A stretch of DNA of 53,184 nucleotides from an uncultured Gemmatimonadaceae bacterium (GTDB lineage Bacteria; Gemmatimonadota; Gemmatimonadetes; Gemmatimonadales; GWC2-71-9). The notes under the pieces are model-generated. The model did not search any database and had not been told where the DNA came from. It saw only the letters and a program-made list of their open reading frames with translations. The translations under genes and the position numbers were made by a program. Shown piece by piece: positions 17,581 to 26,097 of this stretch. The stretch lies in the NCBI GenBank assembly GCA_964501735.1, contig CAZCVG010000001.1, positions 1-53,184 of the forward strand. Reading direction: 5' to 3'. Every line of letters starts with the position of its first letter. Position 1 is the stretch's first letter.

Positions 17581-19707
17581 TCAGGCTCCCGGCCGCCGTG
17601 AGGTGCTGCGCAACAGCAGGCTCTTGAGACGCTCCACCTCGGCGCGGAGCTGGGCCAGGTCGGCGTCCATGCGGTCGAGCGCGCGCAGCATGTCCTGCTC
17701 CACCCGCATGGGACGCTCTTCCGGGATCTGGGCTTCGGCGCTCCGGGCTTCGGGAGCGTCGGGGACCATCACCTGGGTCACCTCCAGGCGCCGGGGCTCG
17801 ATGACGAACGTCCAGACCAGCCCCGCCACCAGCAGGAGGACCAGCACACCCTGGAGCGCGAGCGACTCCACGGTGGGGTAGATGCCGAGGGCCGGGAGCC
17901 GGGGCGCCCAGGCGACGATCGTGGTGCCGATCACGCCGCCCTCCTGCAGCTCGGCGATGCCCTTCCCGGCGAACACGAAGGCCATGTAGTAGAGGAACGC
18001 GCTGGTGACCCCGAAGAAGGGCTTGAGCGGAATCTTCACGCCCCAGCGGTTGATCGCGAAGTACACCAGCGCCAGCACGGCGCCGCCCACCACCATGCCC
18101 ACCACCACCGGGAGCGCCGACCCGGCGCTGGCCAGGAACAGCGCCTTGTAGAACAGCACGGTCTCGAACCCCTCGCGATACACCGCCAGGAAGGCCACCG
18201 AGGCGAGGGCCAGCGCCGAGCCGCTGGTCACGGCGTCCTGCACCCGCCCCTTCACGAACCGGTTCCACTTGGCCACTTCCATCTTGGAGAGCAGCCAGTA
18301 GCTCACGTAGAAGAGCATCACCGTGGCCACCAGCATCACGCCGCCCTCCAGCGCCTCCTGCCGGGCACGGCTCACCTGGAAGATGGTCTCGAGCAGCAGG
18401 GCGGTGAGCAGGCTCGCGCCGATGGCGGCCACCACCCCGATATGCATGTCCCGCCGGCGCTCCCCCGCCCCGGTGCGCACCAGGAAGGTCATGAGCGCGC
18501 CGACCACCAGGATGGCCTCGAGGCCTTCGCGGAGCAGAAGGACGAAGGACTGCAGGAAGAGGTTGAGCGGCGAGAGCCGGTCCCCCACGGTGCGCTCGGC
18601 GTTCTCGAGGTCGCCCAGCAGGCGCACATGGAGGGTCCGCAATTCGGCCGCGGTGGCCCCGCCCGCCGCGCGGGTGCGCAGGTTGGCGAAGCCGGCCTCG
18701 AGGGAGTTGGCCAGGCCCGGGTTCTTGGCCCGCACCCCGCGCTCCACCTGCTCGAAGGTCATGTAGGCATCGAAGGCCGTGCTGCTGGCGTCCTCGCCCA
18801 GGCCGGCGCTGGCCAGCGCCAGCGCCGAGTCGAGTTGCGCCCGCACCCGGGCGAAGACCGGGCCGACCGCATCATGGTCGGTCTCCTGGGTGGCAAAGGT
18901 GCGAATCGCGGCGACCCGGGCCCGGGCCTCCACTGCGGCTGGATCGAGATCCGGTGCGGCGGCCAGGGCCAGCTCCACATCCGAAAGCCGGGCGGTGCTG
19001 CCGAACTCGCGAAGGGCGGCGGGCACCTCGCCCCGGGGCGCCGGCAGCCGGAGGGTTGACGCATACACCGCCACCGCCCAGCGCTCCTCGGCCGTGAGCC
19101 GGTTCTCGTAGGCCGGCATGGCGGTGCCGGCCACGCCGATGGTGATCCGGCGGTAGAAGTCGAGCGGGGTAACGGTGGCCAGTCCGCGGTAGTCGCTCAG
19201 GTCAGCGGGCATGGGGTCCAGTGCCTGCCCGGCGGGACCGTCGCCACGCCCCACCCCGCCGTGGCACGAGGCGCACTGGGTCTGGTACACCTGGGCGCCC
19301 AGGCTCAGGGCCGGCGCCCGGGCCGGGATCTCGTCCAGAGAAACGTTGAAGCGGGTGGCGAGGGCACTGGAAAGCTCCCGGGCCAGCAGGGTCAGGCTGT
19401 CCGGCGGCGCGGTACGCGCCACCATCGCCAGCATCCGGTCAAGGTTGGCGATGGCATCCCGGCCGGCCTCATGCGGCAGGAGACCGGCGCTCCGCCGCGC
19501 CTCCGTCAGGAAGAGCCGCGCCTCGTCCACTTCCGGGGCGAGGACCACCTTGCCGTCCTTGACGCCGAGGCTGTATTCCTGCGCGGCCAGCGCGGTGGTC
19601 GCCGCGATCCGGCGCACGGTGGCCGTCTGGTCATCCTGGGGCGCCGCAATCGGGAGGGCTAGCAGCGAGGCGATCAGGGGAGCCGCAGCGATGAGAACCA
19701 TTCTCAA
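17581..19707 (-). CDS. cytochrome c - FTR1/EfeU iron permease fusion protein
   Basis: Has a signal peptide and a CASCHG heme-c motif about 145 residues in. The C-terminal half is polytopic with two REXXE motifs (REGLEAIL, REGFETVL). The tail is a coiled coil. Confidence 0.85.
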   Translation of the reverse strand: MRMVLIAAAPLIASLLALPIAAPQDDQTATVRRIAATTALAAQEYSLGVKDGKVVLAPEVDEARLFLTEARRSAGLLPHEAGRDAIANLDRMLAMVARTAPPDSLTLLARELSSALATRFNVSLDEIPARAPALSLGAQVYQTQCASCHGGVGRGDGPAGQALDPMPADLSDYRGLATVTPLDFYRRITIGVAGTAMPAYENRLTAEERWAVAVYASTLRLPAPRGEVPAALREFGSTARLSDVELALAAAPDLDPAAVEARARVAAIRTFATQETDHDAVGPVFARVRAQLDSALALASAGLGEDASSTAFDAYMTFEQVERGVRAKNPGLANSLEAGFANLRTRAAGGATAAELRTLHVRLLGDLENAERTVGDRLSPLNLFLQSFVLLLREGLEAILVVGALMTFLVRTGAGERRRDMHIGVVAAIGASLLTALLLETIFQVSRARQEALEGGVMLVATVMLFYVSYWLLSKMEVAKWNRFVKGRVQDAVTSGSALALASVAFLAVYREGFETVLFYKALFLASAGSALPVVVGMVVGGAVLALVYFAINRWGVKIPLKPFFGVTSAFLYYMAFVFAGKGIAELQEGGVIGTTIVAWAPRLPALGIYPTVESLALQGVLVLLLVAGLVWTFVIEPRRLEVTQVMVPDAPEARSAEAQIPEERPMRVEQDMLRALDRMDADLAQLRAEVERLKSLLLRSTSRRPGA

Positions 19708-19790
19708 CCAGTGTTTGTGGGTGACAATAAACTAGAGCGCCACCATCGGAATTGGAAGTGGCCGCCACCCGCGCCGCTACCTTTCAGCCC

Positions 19791-21341
19791 ATGACCTCCA
19801 TCCCCGCGATTGATCCCGCCACCGGCGAGGTGTTCGCCGACACCCCCGCCACCGACCTGGCCGAGATCCCGCTGCTCGTGGCCCGGGCCCGGGTGGCACA
19901 GCAGGAGTGGGCCCGCCGCCCGCTGGGGGCGCGGCGGCGGGTGATCGCCCGGTTCCAGGAGCTGCTCTATCACCGGCGGCAGGAGATGGCGGAACTGGTC
20001 AGCCGCGAGAACGGCAAGCCGGTAGCCGAGGCGCTGCTGACCGATGTGGCGGTCACCCTCGACCTGGCCCGCTTCTACCTGGCTCATGCCGAGCGGGTGC
20101 TCCGGCCGCGGCGGGTGCATCCGGCCAATGTCGCCATGCTGGGACGGCATGGCCGTGTGCACTGGGAACCGATGGGTGTCATCGGGATCATCTCCCCCTG
20201 GAACTACCCGCTGCTCCTGCCGTTCGGCGAGATCATCGCCGGCCTGCTGGCGGGGAACGCGGTGCTGCTCAAGCCCAGCGAGTTCACCACCCGGTGTGCC
20301 GTCCTGGGGGTTTCACTCCTCCACGAGGCCGGGCTGCCACCAGACCTCTGCCGGGTGATCGCCGGCGCCGGCGACGCCGGCCGGGGCCTGCTCGACGCCC
20401 GGCCTGACAAGGTTTTCTTCACCGGCAGCGTCGCCACCGGCCGCAAGGTGGCGATGCGCGCGGCCGAGCAGCTGATCCCCATCAACCTCGAACTGGGGGG
20501 CAGCGACCCCGGCATCGTCCTGGCGGACGCCGATCTCGAGCGGGCGGCCAGCGGGGTGCTGTGGGCCCGCTTCACCAACGGGGGACAGACCTGCGTGGCG
20601 GTGAAGCGGCTGATCGTCGAGCGCCCGGCCTACGAGCGGATGGTGGAGCTGCTGGTGGCCGGGGCGCGGCGGCTGCAGCTGGGTCCCGGGCTGGTCCCGG
20701 GCAGTGACGTCGGCCCGCTGATCCGGGAGGCCCAGGTGCGGGAACTCGAGCGCCAGCTGGCGGCGACTGTGGCGCTGGGCGCGCGGGTGCGCACCGGGGG
20801 CCGCCGCCGCCCCGACCTCGGCCCCACGTTCTTCGAGCCCACCATCGTGACCGAGTTGCCGCTCAGCGCGCCGCTCTGGCGGGAAGAGGTGTTCGGCCCG
20901 GTCCTGCCCATCGTCCCGGCGGACGACGCCGAGCATGCGCTGCGCCTCGCCAACGACAGCGACTTCGGCCTGTCAGGCAGCGTCTGGACCGGCGACCGCG
21001 CCCGGGGCCGGGCGCTGGCCCGGCGCCTGGAGGTGGGCGCCGCCATGGTCAACGATGCCACCACCCACGTGGGCATCGCCGAAGTGCCGCACGGCGGCGA
21101 GAAGCAGTCCGGTCTGGGGCGGACCCATGGGGAGCACGGCCTGCTGGAGACCTGCCGGCCGCGGTACGTCGGGGAGGACTGGCTCGACTGGATGCAGAAG
21201 CCCTGGTGGTTCGGGTACCACGAGGAGAGCATGGCCGCGCGCGACGCCTTCCTCCGGTTCGCCTTCGCCCCGCGCTGGTGGGACCGGCTCCGGGCGCTTC
21301 CCAGGGCCCTGGGCCTGTTGCGGAACCGCCGGGGCCTCTAG
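19791..21341 (+). CDS. aldehyde dehydrogenase family protein
   Basis: IDPATGEVFA N-terminus, ELGGSDP, GQTCVAVKR catalytic Cys, EEVFGPVLP. The track ORF starts at a TTG at 19752, but the ATG at 19791 fits the family N-terminus better. Confidence 0.88.
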   Translation: MTSIPAIDPATGEVFADTPATDLAEIPLLVARARVAQQEWARRPLGARRRVIARFQELLYHRRQEMAELVSRENGKPVAEALLTDVAVTLDLARFYLAHAERVLRPRRVHPANVAMLGRHGRVHWEPMGVIGIISPWNYPLLLPFGEIIAGLLAGNAVLLKPSEFTTRCAVLGVSLLHEAGLPPDLCRVIAGAGDAGRGLLDARPDKVFFTGSVATGRKVAMRAAEQLIPINLELGGSDPGIVLADADLERAASGVLWARFTNGGQTCVAVKRLIVERPAYERMVELLVAGARRLQLGPGLVPGSDVGPLIREAQVRELERQLAATVALGARVRTGGRRRPDLGPTFFEPTIVTELPLSAPLWREEVFGPVLPIVPADDAEHALRLANDSDFGLSGSVWTGDRARGRALARRLEVGAAMVNDATTHVGIAEVPHGGEKQSGLGRTHGEHGLLETCRPRYVGEDWLDWMQKPWWFGYHEESMAARDAFLRFAFAPRWWDRLRALPRALGLLRNRRGL

Positions 21342-21351
21342 CGGCCCGGTG

Positions 21352-21750
21352 TCAGGCGGGAGCGACCGTCCGGGTCACCACCGCCACCGCGCCGGCGGTG
21401 GCGTCCGAATGGGACAGCGACAGGTGCACCACCAGCGGCCCATGCTGCCGCACCAGGTCCCGGGCCAGGCCATGAAAGGTGAGGTACGGCCGGCCCTCGG
21501 TTTCCCGCTCCACTTCCATGTCCTGCCAGCTCACCGCCCGGGCCCCGGGCAGGGCCTGCAGCGCCTTGTAGGCGGCCTCCTTGGCGGCGATCCGCGCGGC
21601 GATGTGCATCGCCGGCCGGTGCTTGAGCACCACGTACTCGCGCTCCCGCCCGGTCAGGAAGCGGGCGATGACGCGGTCGCCGTGGCGGGCCATCATGCGC
21701 TCCACCCGGGCAATGTCCACCAGGTCAATGCCGATGCCGATCAGGTCCAT
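21352..21750 (-). CDS. acpS: holo-[acyl-carrier-protein] synthase
   Basis: Internal ATG of track ORF 21352..21918 gives MDLIGIGIDLVDIARV..., with FLTGREREY, AAKEAAYKAL and LSLSHSD. Confidence 0.9.
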   Translation of the reverse strand: MDLIGIGIDLVDIARVERMMARHGDRVIARFLTGREREYVVLKHRPAMHIAARIAAKEAAYKALQALPGARAVSWQDMEVERETEGRPYLTFHGLARDLVRQHGPLVVHLSLSHSDATAGAVAVVTRTVAPA

Positions 21751-22496
21751 CGGGCCCACAGAGCCTCCACGGCGGGTCGGAGCGGCGCCGGCACCGGGAC
21801 ATAGCCACCCAGCACCAGGCCGAGGTAGAGCGCCGCCCCGAACAGCAGCACGCCTACCAGGGTGAGCGGCCAGCCGGCCCGCCGCCAGCGGCGGAGGTCC
21901 TCGGCCTCGGCGTCCCACTCGCGCCCCTCGCGGGCCAGCGCGTCCTCGAGGGCGAGCCAGGCCGCCTCCAGCCGGCGGGCCAGGGTGAGCAGGGCCTCCT
22001 GCCAGGCGGCCACCGCGTCGGGCGCGGCCCGCTGGCTCCGGGCCGCCGAGAGCGCCCGGTCGAGTTCCCCCAGCGCCTCACGGAAGCCGGCGTCGCCCTG
22101 GGAGAGCCGGGCCGCGATGGCGTGCACCTCACTGGGCTCCAGCGGGAGCCGCCGCGCATGACGGGCGGGCAGCCTGGCCTCCGCCGCGGCCGCGGCCAGC
22201 CGGAGGTTGACCTGCTGGGCCACCCGCTCCGCCACCGCGCGGACGGTGCGGACCCATACCTCCTCCAGGGCGGTGTGCGTCAGGGTGGTCAGGGCCAGCT
22301 CGCGGTCGCCCTCGCGGGCCCAGCGCCGGGCGTCGCCGGCATGATCGAACACCTGGGAGACCAGCAGGATCCGCAGGTCGTCCACGGGCACCCAGGGTGG
22401 CGCCGAGCCCGGCAACACGGGGGGTGGGGCCACCAGCCGGCCCAGGGCCGGCCCCAGCTCCGGGATGATGAGCGATGGCCTCGCGGTGCCGGTCAT
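21741..22496 (-). CDS. hypothetical helical protein with a C-terminal transmembrane anchor
   Basis: 251 aa, Ala/Arg/Glu-rich helices. TM segment WPLTLVGVLLFGAALYLGLVLGG. Start and stop overlap both neighbours. Confidence 0.6.
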   Translation of the reverse strand: MTGTARPSLIIPELGPALGRLVAPPPVLPGSAPPWVPVDDLRILLVSQVFDHAGDARRWAREGDRELALTTLTHTALEEVWVRTVRAVAERVAQQVNLRLAAAAAEARLPARHARRLPLEPSEVHAIAARLSQGDAGFREALGELDRALSAARSQRAAPDAVAAWQEALLTLARRLEAAWLALEDALAREGREWDAEAEDLRRWRRAGWPLTLVGVLLFGAALYLGLVLGGYVPVPAPLRPAVEALWARWT

Positions 22497-23092
22497 GCCG
22501 TGCTCCAGGTGGGCGGCTCGCCGGCGAGGTCAGCCTCGGCCAGCACCGCCGGCCGGCCGGTGCGGGTCTCGTACCGGAGGGTGAAGGCGAACAGCGCCTC
22601 GGGCAGGCACTCCGCCCGCGCCAGGCCGAGCCGGGTGATGACCGCTTCCATCCCGGCCGGGGTGCCCTCGATCTCGGCGAGGACATCCATGCGCGGGTAC
22701 CACTCCAGCCGGACCGCCGTGCCTGACAGCTCGTACACCTCCACGTAGCGGTCAATCACCTGCACCGCCTGGTAGCCCAGGGCCTCCAGCACCGCCAGCA
22801 TGGCGGCGCCGTCCTCGGCCCGGCACTCCAGCTCCTCCCGGCGCTTGTAGCCCTCCGGGCTCAGGCTCACCGGGCCCTTCCAGGCGAGGACCGCCCGGCC
22901 GGGCGACGGAGCCGCGGCCTCGTAGCTCCGGACCCGCAGTACTTCGTCCCGCTCGGCCAGCGCGCCGGCCCGGTCGAGGCGGCGGTCCCGCATCATGCCC
23001 CGGAAGCCGCGGCTGGCGCCGGCGTCCTGCAGGCGGGCCCGGAGCGCGGGGGGGTCGGCCACCACGGTCTTGAGCTCCAGTTCAGTCGCCAA
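22493..23092 (-). CDS. CYTH-domain protein (class IV adenylate cyclase / triphosphatase fold)
   Basis: TTG at 23092 gives (M)ATELELKTVV, the N-terminal ExExK CYTH signature. The rest of track ORF 22493..23755 overlaps the HAD gene out of frame. Confidence 0.75.
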   Translation of the reverse strand: MATELELKTVVADPPALRARLQDAGASRGFRGMMRDRRLDRAGALAERDEVLRVRSYEAAAPSPGRAVLAWKGPVSLSPEGYKRREELECRAEDGAAMLAVLEALGYQAVQVIDRYVEVYELSGTAVRLEWYPRMDVLAEIEGTPAGMEAVITRLGLARAECLPEALFAFTLRYETRTGRPAVLAEADLAGEPPTWSTA

Positions 23093-23780
23093 GGATCGCC
23101 TCGAGCACCCGTTCGGTCTCGGCCAGGTCGGCGAAGACGGCGTGGGCACCGGCCTCGGCGAGGGCCGAGGTGGAGTAGGCGCCGGTCGCCACCCCGATGG
23201 CCCTGGCGCCGATGTCGCGCCCGCAGGTGACGTCGGCCGGGGTGTCGCCGATGATGACGACATCATGACCGCGGGGTTCGCGCCCGAACCAGGGCAGCGC
23301 CCGGCGGGCGGCGATGGCCGGCAGGTCGGGCCGGTGGGGCGAGTCGGAGCCGAAGGCCCCCACCCGGAACCGGCCCGGCGCGATGCCCGCCGCGCCGAGC
23401 TTGAGCGAGGCGCCGGCGGCCATGTTGCCGGTGAGGAGGCCCAGCAGCACCGAGGTGCTCGCCTCCAGGGCGTCCAGCAGGCCGGGCACGCCGGGCATAA
23501 TGGTGGTGACGGAACGGGGCTGGCGCAGCTCCTCCTCCAGCAGGCCGACATACCGGTGGCAGACGTCCTGGATGAACGAGGGGTCGGCCGCGCCGGGGTG
23601 ACCGGCCAGCACCAGCAGCTCGCCCACGATCTGGGGATCGGTCTTGCCGTCGAAGCGCACCCGCTCGAAGGCCGACTGCTCGGCCAGCTCGGCGGCCAGC
23701 GCCGCGGTGAGGGCGCGCCGGCCCGCCCCCGCGGTGAGCAGGATGGTGCCGTCAATGTCGAGGAGCACGAGCTTGTTCAT
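23082..23780 (-). CDS. HAD-IA family hydrolase (phosphoglycolate-phosphatase-like)
   Basis: MNKLVLLDIDGTIL (DxDGT), LLTGN, and a GDTPADV motif IV. Confidence 0.85.
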   Translation of the reverse strand: MNKLVLLDIDGTILLTAGAGRRALTAALAAELAEQSAFERVRFDGKTDPQIVGELLVLAGHPGAADPSFIQDVCHRYVGLLEEELRQPRSVTTIMPGVPGLLDALEASTSVLLGLLTGNMAAGASLKLGAAGIAPGRFRVGAFGSDSPHRPDLPAIAARRALPWFGREPRGHDVVIIGDTPADVTCGRDIGARAIGVATGAYSTSALAEAGAHAVFADLAETERVLEAILGD

Positions 23781-24562
23781 TCCACCCGCCTGACCGCCAC
23801 CAGCTGGGTGCGCAGGACCATCGCCCGGCTGCCGGGGCCCCACGGCTCCATGACCAGCCCGCCGCAGGCGACGGTGGAGTGGATCAGGGTGTCGTTGGGT
23901 CCCTGGAACGCGACGTGGGTGATGCGCTCGCCCCGCTCGCTGAAGAAGAGCAGGTCGCCGGGCCGCTGGTCACCGGGGGCCACGGCATGGCCGGCCGAGA
24001 CCTGCTGGGCGGCATCGCGGGGGAGCGTGACGTCGCGGGCCAGGAAGGTGGTCTGGACCAGGCCCGAGCAATCCACCCCCCACGGGGTGAGGCCGCCCCA
24101 CTGGTACGGGGTCCCGGCGAAGGTGCGCAGGGCCCAGAGGTCGGGGGAGGCGGCGCGGGCCCGGGCGCCCACCCGGGTGAACGGGGTGACGCCGCCGGCG
24201 ATCACCACGCCCCGGCGGCCGTCGGGCAGGTCCACCAGCGGCTGGGCCAGCCCGACCCGGGCGCGCACCGGGAGGCGGACGATGGTGCCGTCGTCCACCC
24301 GCACCACCGCCCCCTCGCTCCACCCGGAAGCGGAGTCGCGCCAGGCCCGGGCGATTTCGTGGTCGGTCTCCAGGGCGTAGCCCCGGTGGACCCAGCCTTC
24401 GTACCGGTCCTGGTCGAGGCGCACCCGGCGCCACTCGCCCTGGGTCTCGACCACCCTGGCGGTTTCTCCCAGCACCAGCTGGGTGACCTGTTCGCTCCGC
24501 AGGCTGGGCTCGCGGTGCACTGGCGCCACGCCGGCCAGCCCGATCAGGGAGGTGGTGCTCAC
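23777..24562 (-). CDS. NlpC/P60 (C40) cell-wall peptidase with an SH3-like N-terminal region
   Basis: TPYQWGGLTPWGVDCSGLV catalytic Cys block and ITHVAF His. The GTG start at 24562 overlaps the upstream small-ORF stop (GTGA). Confidence 0.85.
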   Translation of the reverse strand: MSTTSLIGLAGVAPVHREPSLRSEQVTQLVLGETARVVETQGEWRRVRLDQDRYEGWVHRGYALETDHEIARAWRDSASGWSEGAVVRVDDGTIVRLPVRARVGLAQPLVDLPDGRRGVVIAGGVTPFTRVGARARAASPDLWALRTFAGTPYQWGGLTPWGVDCSGLVQTTFLARDVTLPRDAAQQVSAGHAVAPGDQRPGDLLFFSERGERITHVAFQGPNDTLIHSTVACGGLVMEPWGPGSRAMVLRTQLVAVRRVE

Positions 24563-24720
24563 TTCGCGGCGCACTCCCGGCAGAGGACCACGCCCTTGAA
24601 GGTGCACATGAGGCAGATGAAGGTGCCGCACCCCTGGCAGGGGTAGCCCTCCGACGCCCGCTCCTCCTGGCCGCAGGCGCGGCAGGTCATGGCGTCTTTT
24701 TCCTTGGTCTCGATCTTCAT
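24559..24720 (-). CDS. 53-aa cysteine-rich zinc-finger protein (4 x CxxC), not in the ORF track
   Basis: AAGGAG lies 7 nt upstream of the ATG. Translation is MKIETKEKDAMTCRACGQEERASEGYPCQGCGTFICLMCTFKGVVLCRECAAK. Codons are GC3-rich. The stop overlaps the NlpC/P60 start. Confidence 0.65.
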   Translation of the reverse strand: MKIETKEKDAMTCRACGQEERASEGYPCQGCGTFICLMCTFKGVVLCRECAAK

Positions 24721-24750
24721 GGGAGCTCCTTCCGTGAAACCGGGCCGCCG

Positions 24751-26097
24751 CTATCCGGCGATGGCATAGCGCTTGATCTTGTTGATGAGCGTGGCCCGCG
24801 AGATGCCCAGCTCCTCCGCGGCGCGGGTCCGGTTGCCCCCGTGGTGCCGCAGGGTCCGCTCGATGTGGGCCCGCTCCAGTTCATCCAGGGTCATCGGAGT
24901 GTGGCGCCGGTCGCCCGGGCCGGGCCGGTTGCGGAACTCGGCCGGCAGGTGCTCGATCCCCACCGCCGGCTGTCCCCGGGCCAGGATCAGGGCCCGTTCC
25001 AGGATGTTGCGCAGTTCGCGGACGTTTCCCGGCCATCCGTGCGCCAGCAGCCGCTCCAGGGCCTCGGGGCCGATCGCGGCGGGGGCGCCGGAAATATGCC
25101 GCTGCAGCTGGTTGACGATGGCCAGGAGCAGTGTCAGGCGGTCTTCCCGCGGCCGCTCCCTGAGCGGTGGCAGGGTCACCGGCAGCACGCTGAGGCGGTA
25201 GGCCAGGTCCTCGCGGAAGGCCCCCGCCTCGACCCGGACGGCGAGGTCGTGGGCAGTGGCGGCGATGATGCGGACGTCGGCGCTCAGGTCGCGGCTGCCG
25301 CCGACCCGGCGGAAGCTGCGGGTCTCCAGCAGCCGGAGCAGCTTGGGCTGGAGCTCGGCGGGCAGGTCGGCGATCTCCTCGATGTACAGCGAGCCCCCTG
25401 CGGCGGTCTCCACCAGCCCGGGGCGCCGTTCCCGGGCCTGGTCCACCGTGGCCGACTCGGCCCCGAACAGGTCGGCATCGAGGTCGGCCGCCGAGCGGCC
25501 GAAGAGGGAGGCCGAGACGAAGGGGCCGGCGGCCCGCGGGCTCAGCTGGTGGACCAGCCCGGCCAGCCAGCCCTTCCCCACCCCGCTCTCGCCCCGGATC
25601 AGGACGGCGGTGCGCTCCGACAGCGACACCAGCCCGACCTGGGTCAGCAGCTCGCGCATCATGGGCGAGCCACCCAGCGATTCCAGCGCGTCGTCCGGCG
25701 CCGCCCGGAGCAGGAGCAGCTCGTTGAGCCGCTTGAGCCGGACTTTGTCGGCCACCCGGGCCACGGCGGCGAGCAGGTGGTCGAGATCCACCGGCTTGGT
25801 GAGGAAGTTCTCGGCCCCCAGCTGCATCGCCTGCACCGCGGTGGCCACGTCGGCATGCCCGGTGAGCAGGATGACGGCGGCGTTGCGCTCGCGGAAGCGG
25901 GCCAGCGCCTCCAGCCCGTTCACGCCCGGCATGCGGAGGTCCAGCACCACCACCTCGGGCCGCAGGCGGTCGTAGGCGGCCAGTCCCGATTCGGCATCGA
26001 GTTCCCGGGCCACCTCATACCCGCCCCGCTCGAACACCTGGCCGATGGCGCGCAGCACGCCCTCGTCATCGTCTACCAGCAGCACTGAATCAGGCAT
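24751..26097 (-). CDS. NtrC-family response regulator (receiver + AAA+ + Fis-type HTH) with a degenerate GAFTGA loop
   Basis: Internal ATG gives MPDSVLLVDDDEG. Has VLDLRMPG, Walker A GESGVGKG, FREDLAYRL, WPGNVRELRN and the C-terminal HTH AAEELGISRATLINKIK. Confidence 0.88.
   Translation of the reverse strand: MPDSVLLVDDDEGVLRAIGQVFERGGYEVARELDAESGLAAYDRLRPEVVVLDLRMPGVNGLEALARFRERNAAVILLTGHADVATAVQAMQLGAENFLTKPVDLDHLLAAVARVADKVRLKRLNELLLLRAAPDDALESLGGSPMMRELLTQVGLVSLSERTAVLIRGESGVGKGWLAGLVHQLSPRAAGPFVSASLFGRSAADLDADLFGAESATVDQARERRPGLVETAAGGSLYIEEIADLPAELQPKLLRLLETRSFRRVGGSRDLSADVRIIAATAHDLAVRVEAGAFREDLAYRLSVLPVTLPPLRERPREDRLTLLLAIVNQLQRHISGAPAAIGPEALERLLAHGWPGNVRELRNILERALILARGQPAVGIEHLPAEFRNRPGPGDRRHTPMTLDELERAHIERTLRHHGGNRTRAAEELGISRATLINKIKRYAIAG

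Noticed and set aside
17319-17881. ORFs 17319..17519 (66 aa) and 17348..17881 (177 aa) in the lgt/FTR1 gap
   Set aside because: They use many A/T-ending and rare codons (AGA, CGA, ACA, TCT, AAA), unlike every supported gene here. One starts upstream of the predicted transcription start. The other reads through a strong terminator into the antisense of the permease gene.
19721-19737. Fur box in the divergent FTR1/ALDH promoter region (GTGACAATAAACTAGAG)
   Set aside because: It has only a partial resemblance to GATAATGATAATCATTATC and no clear hexamer repeats. This is not enough to call without a genome-specific Fur motif.
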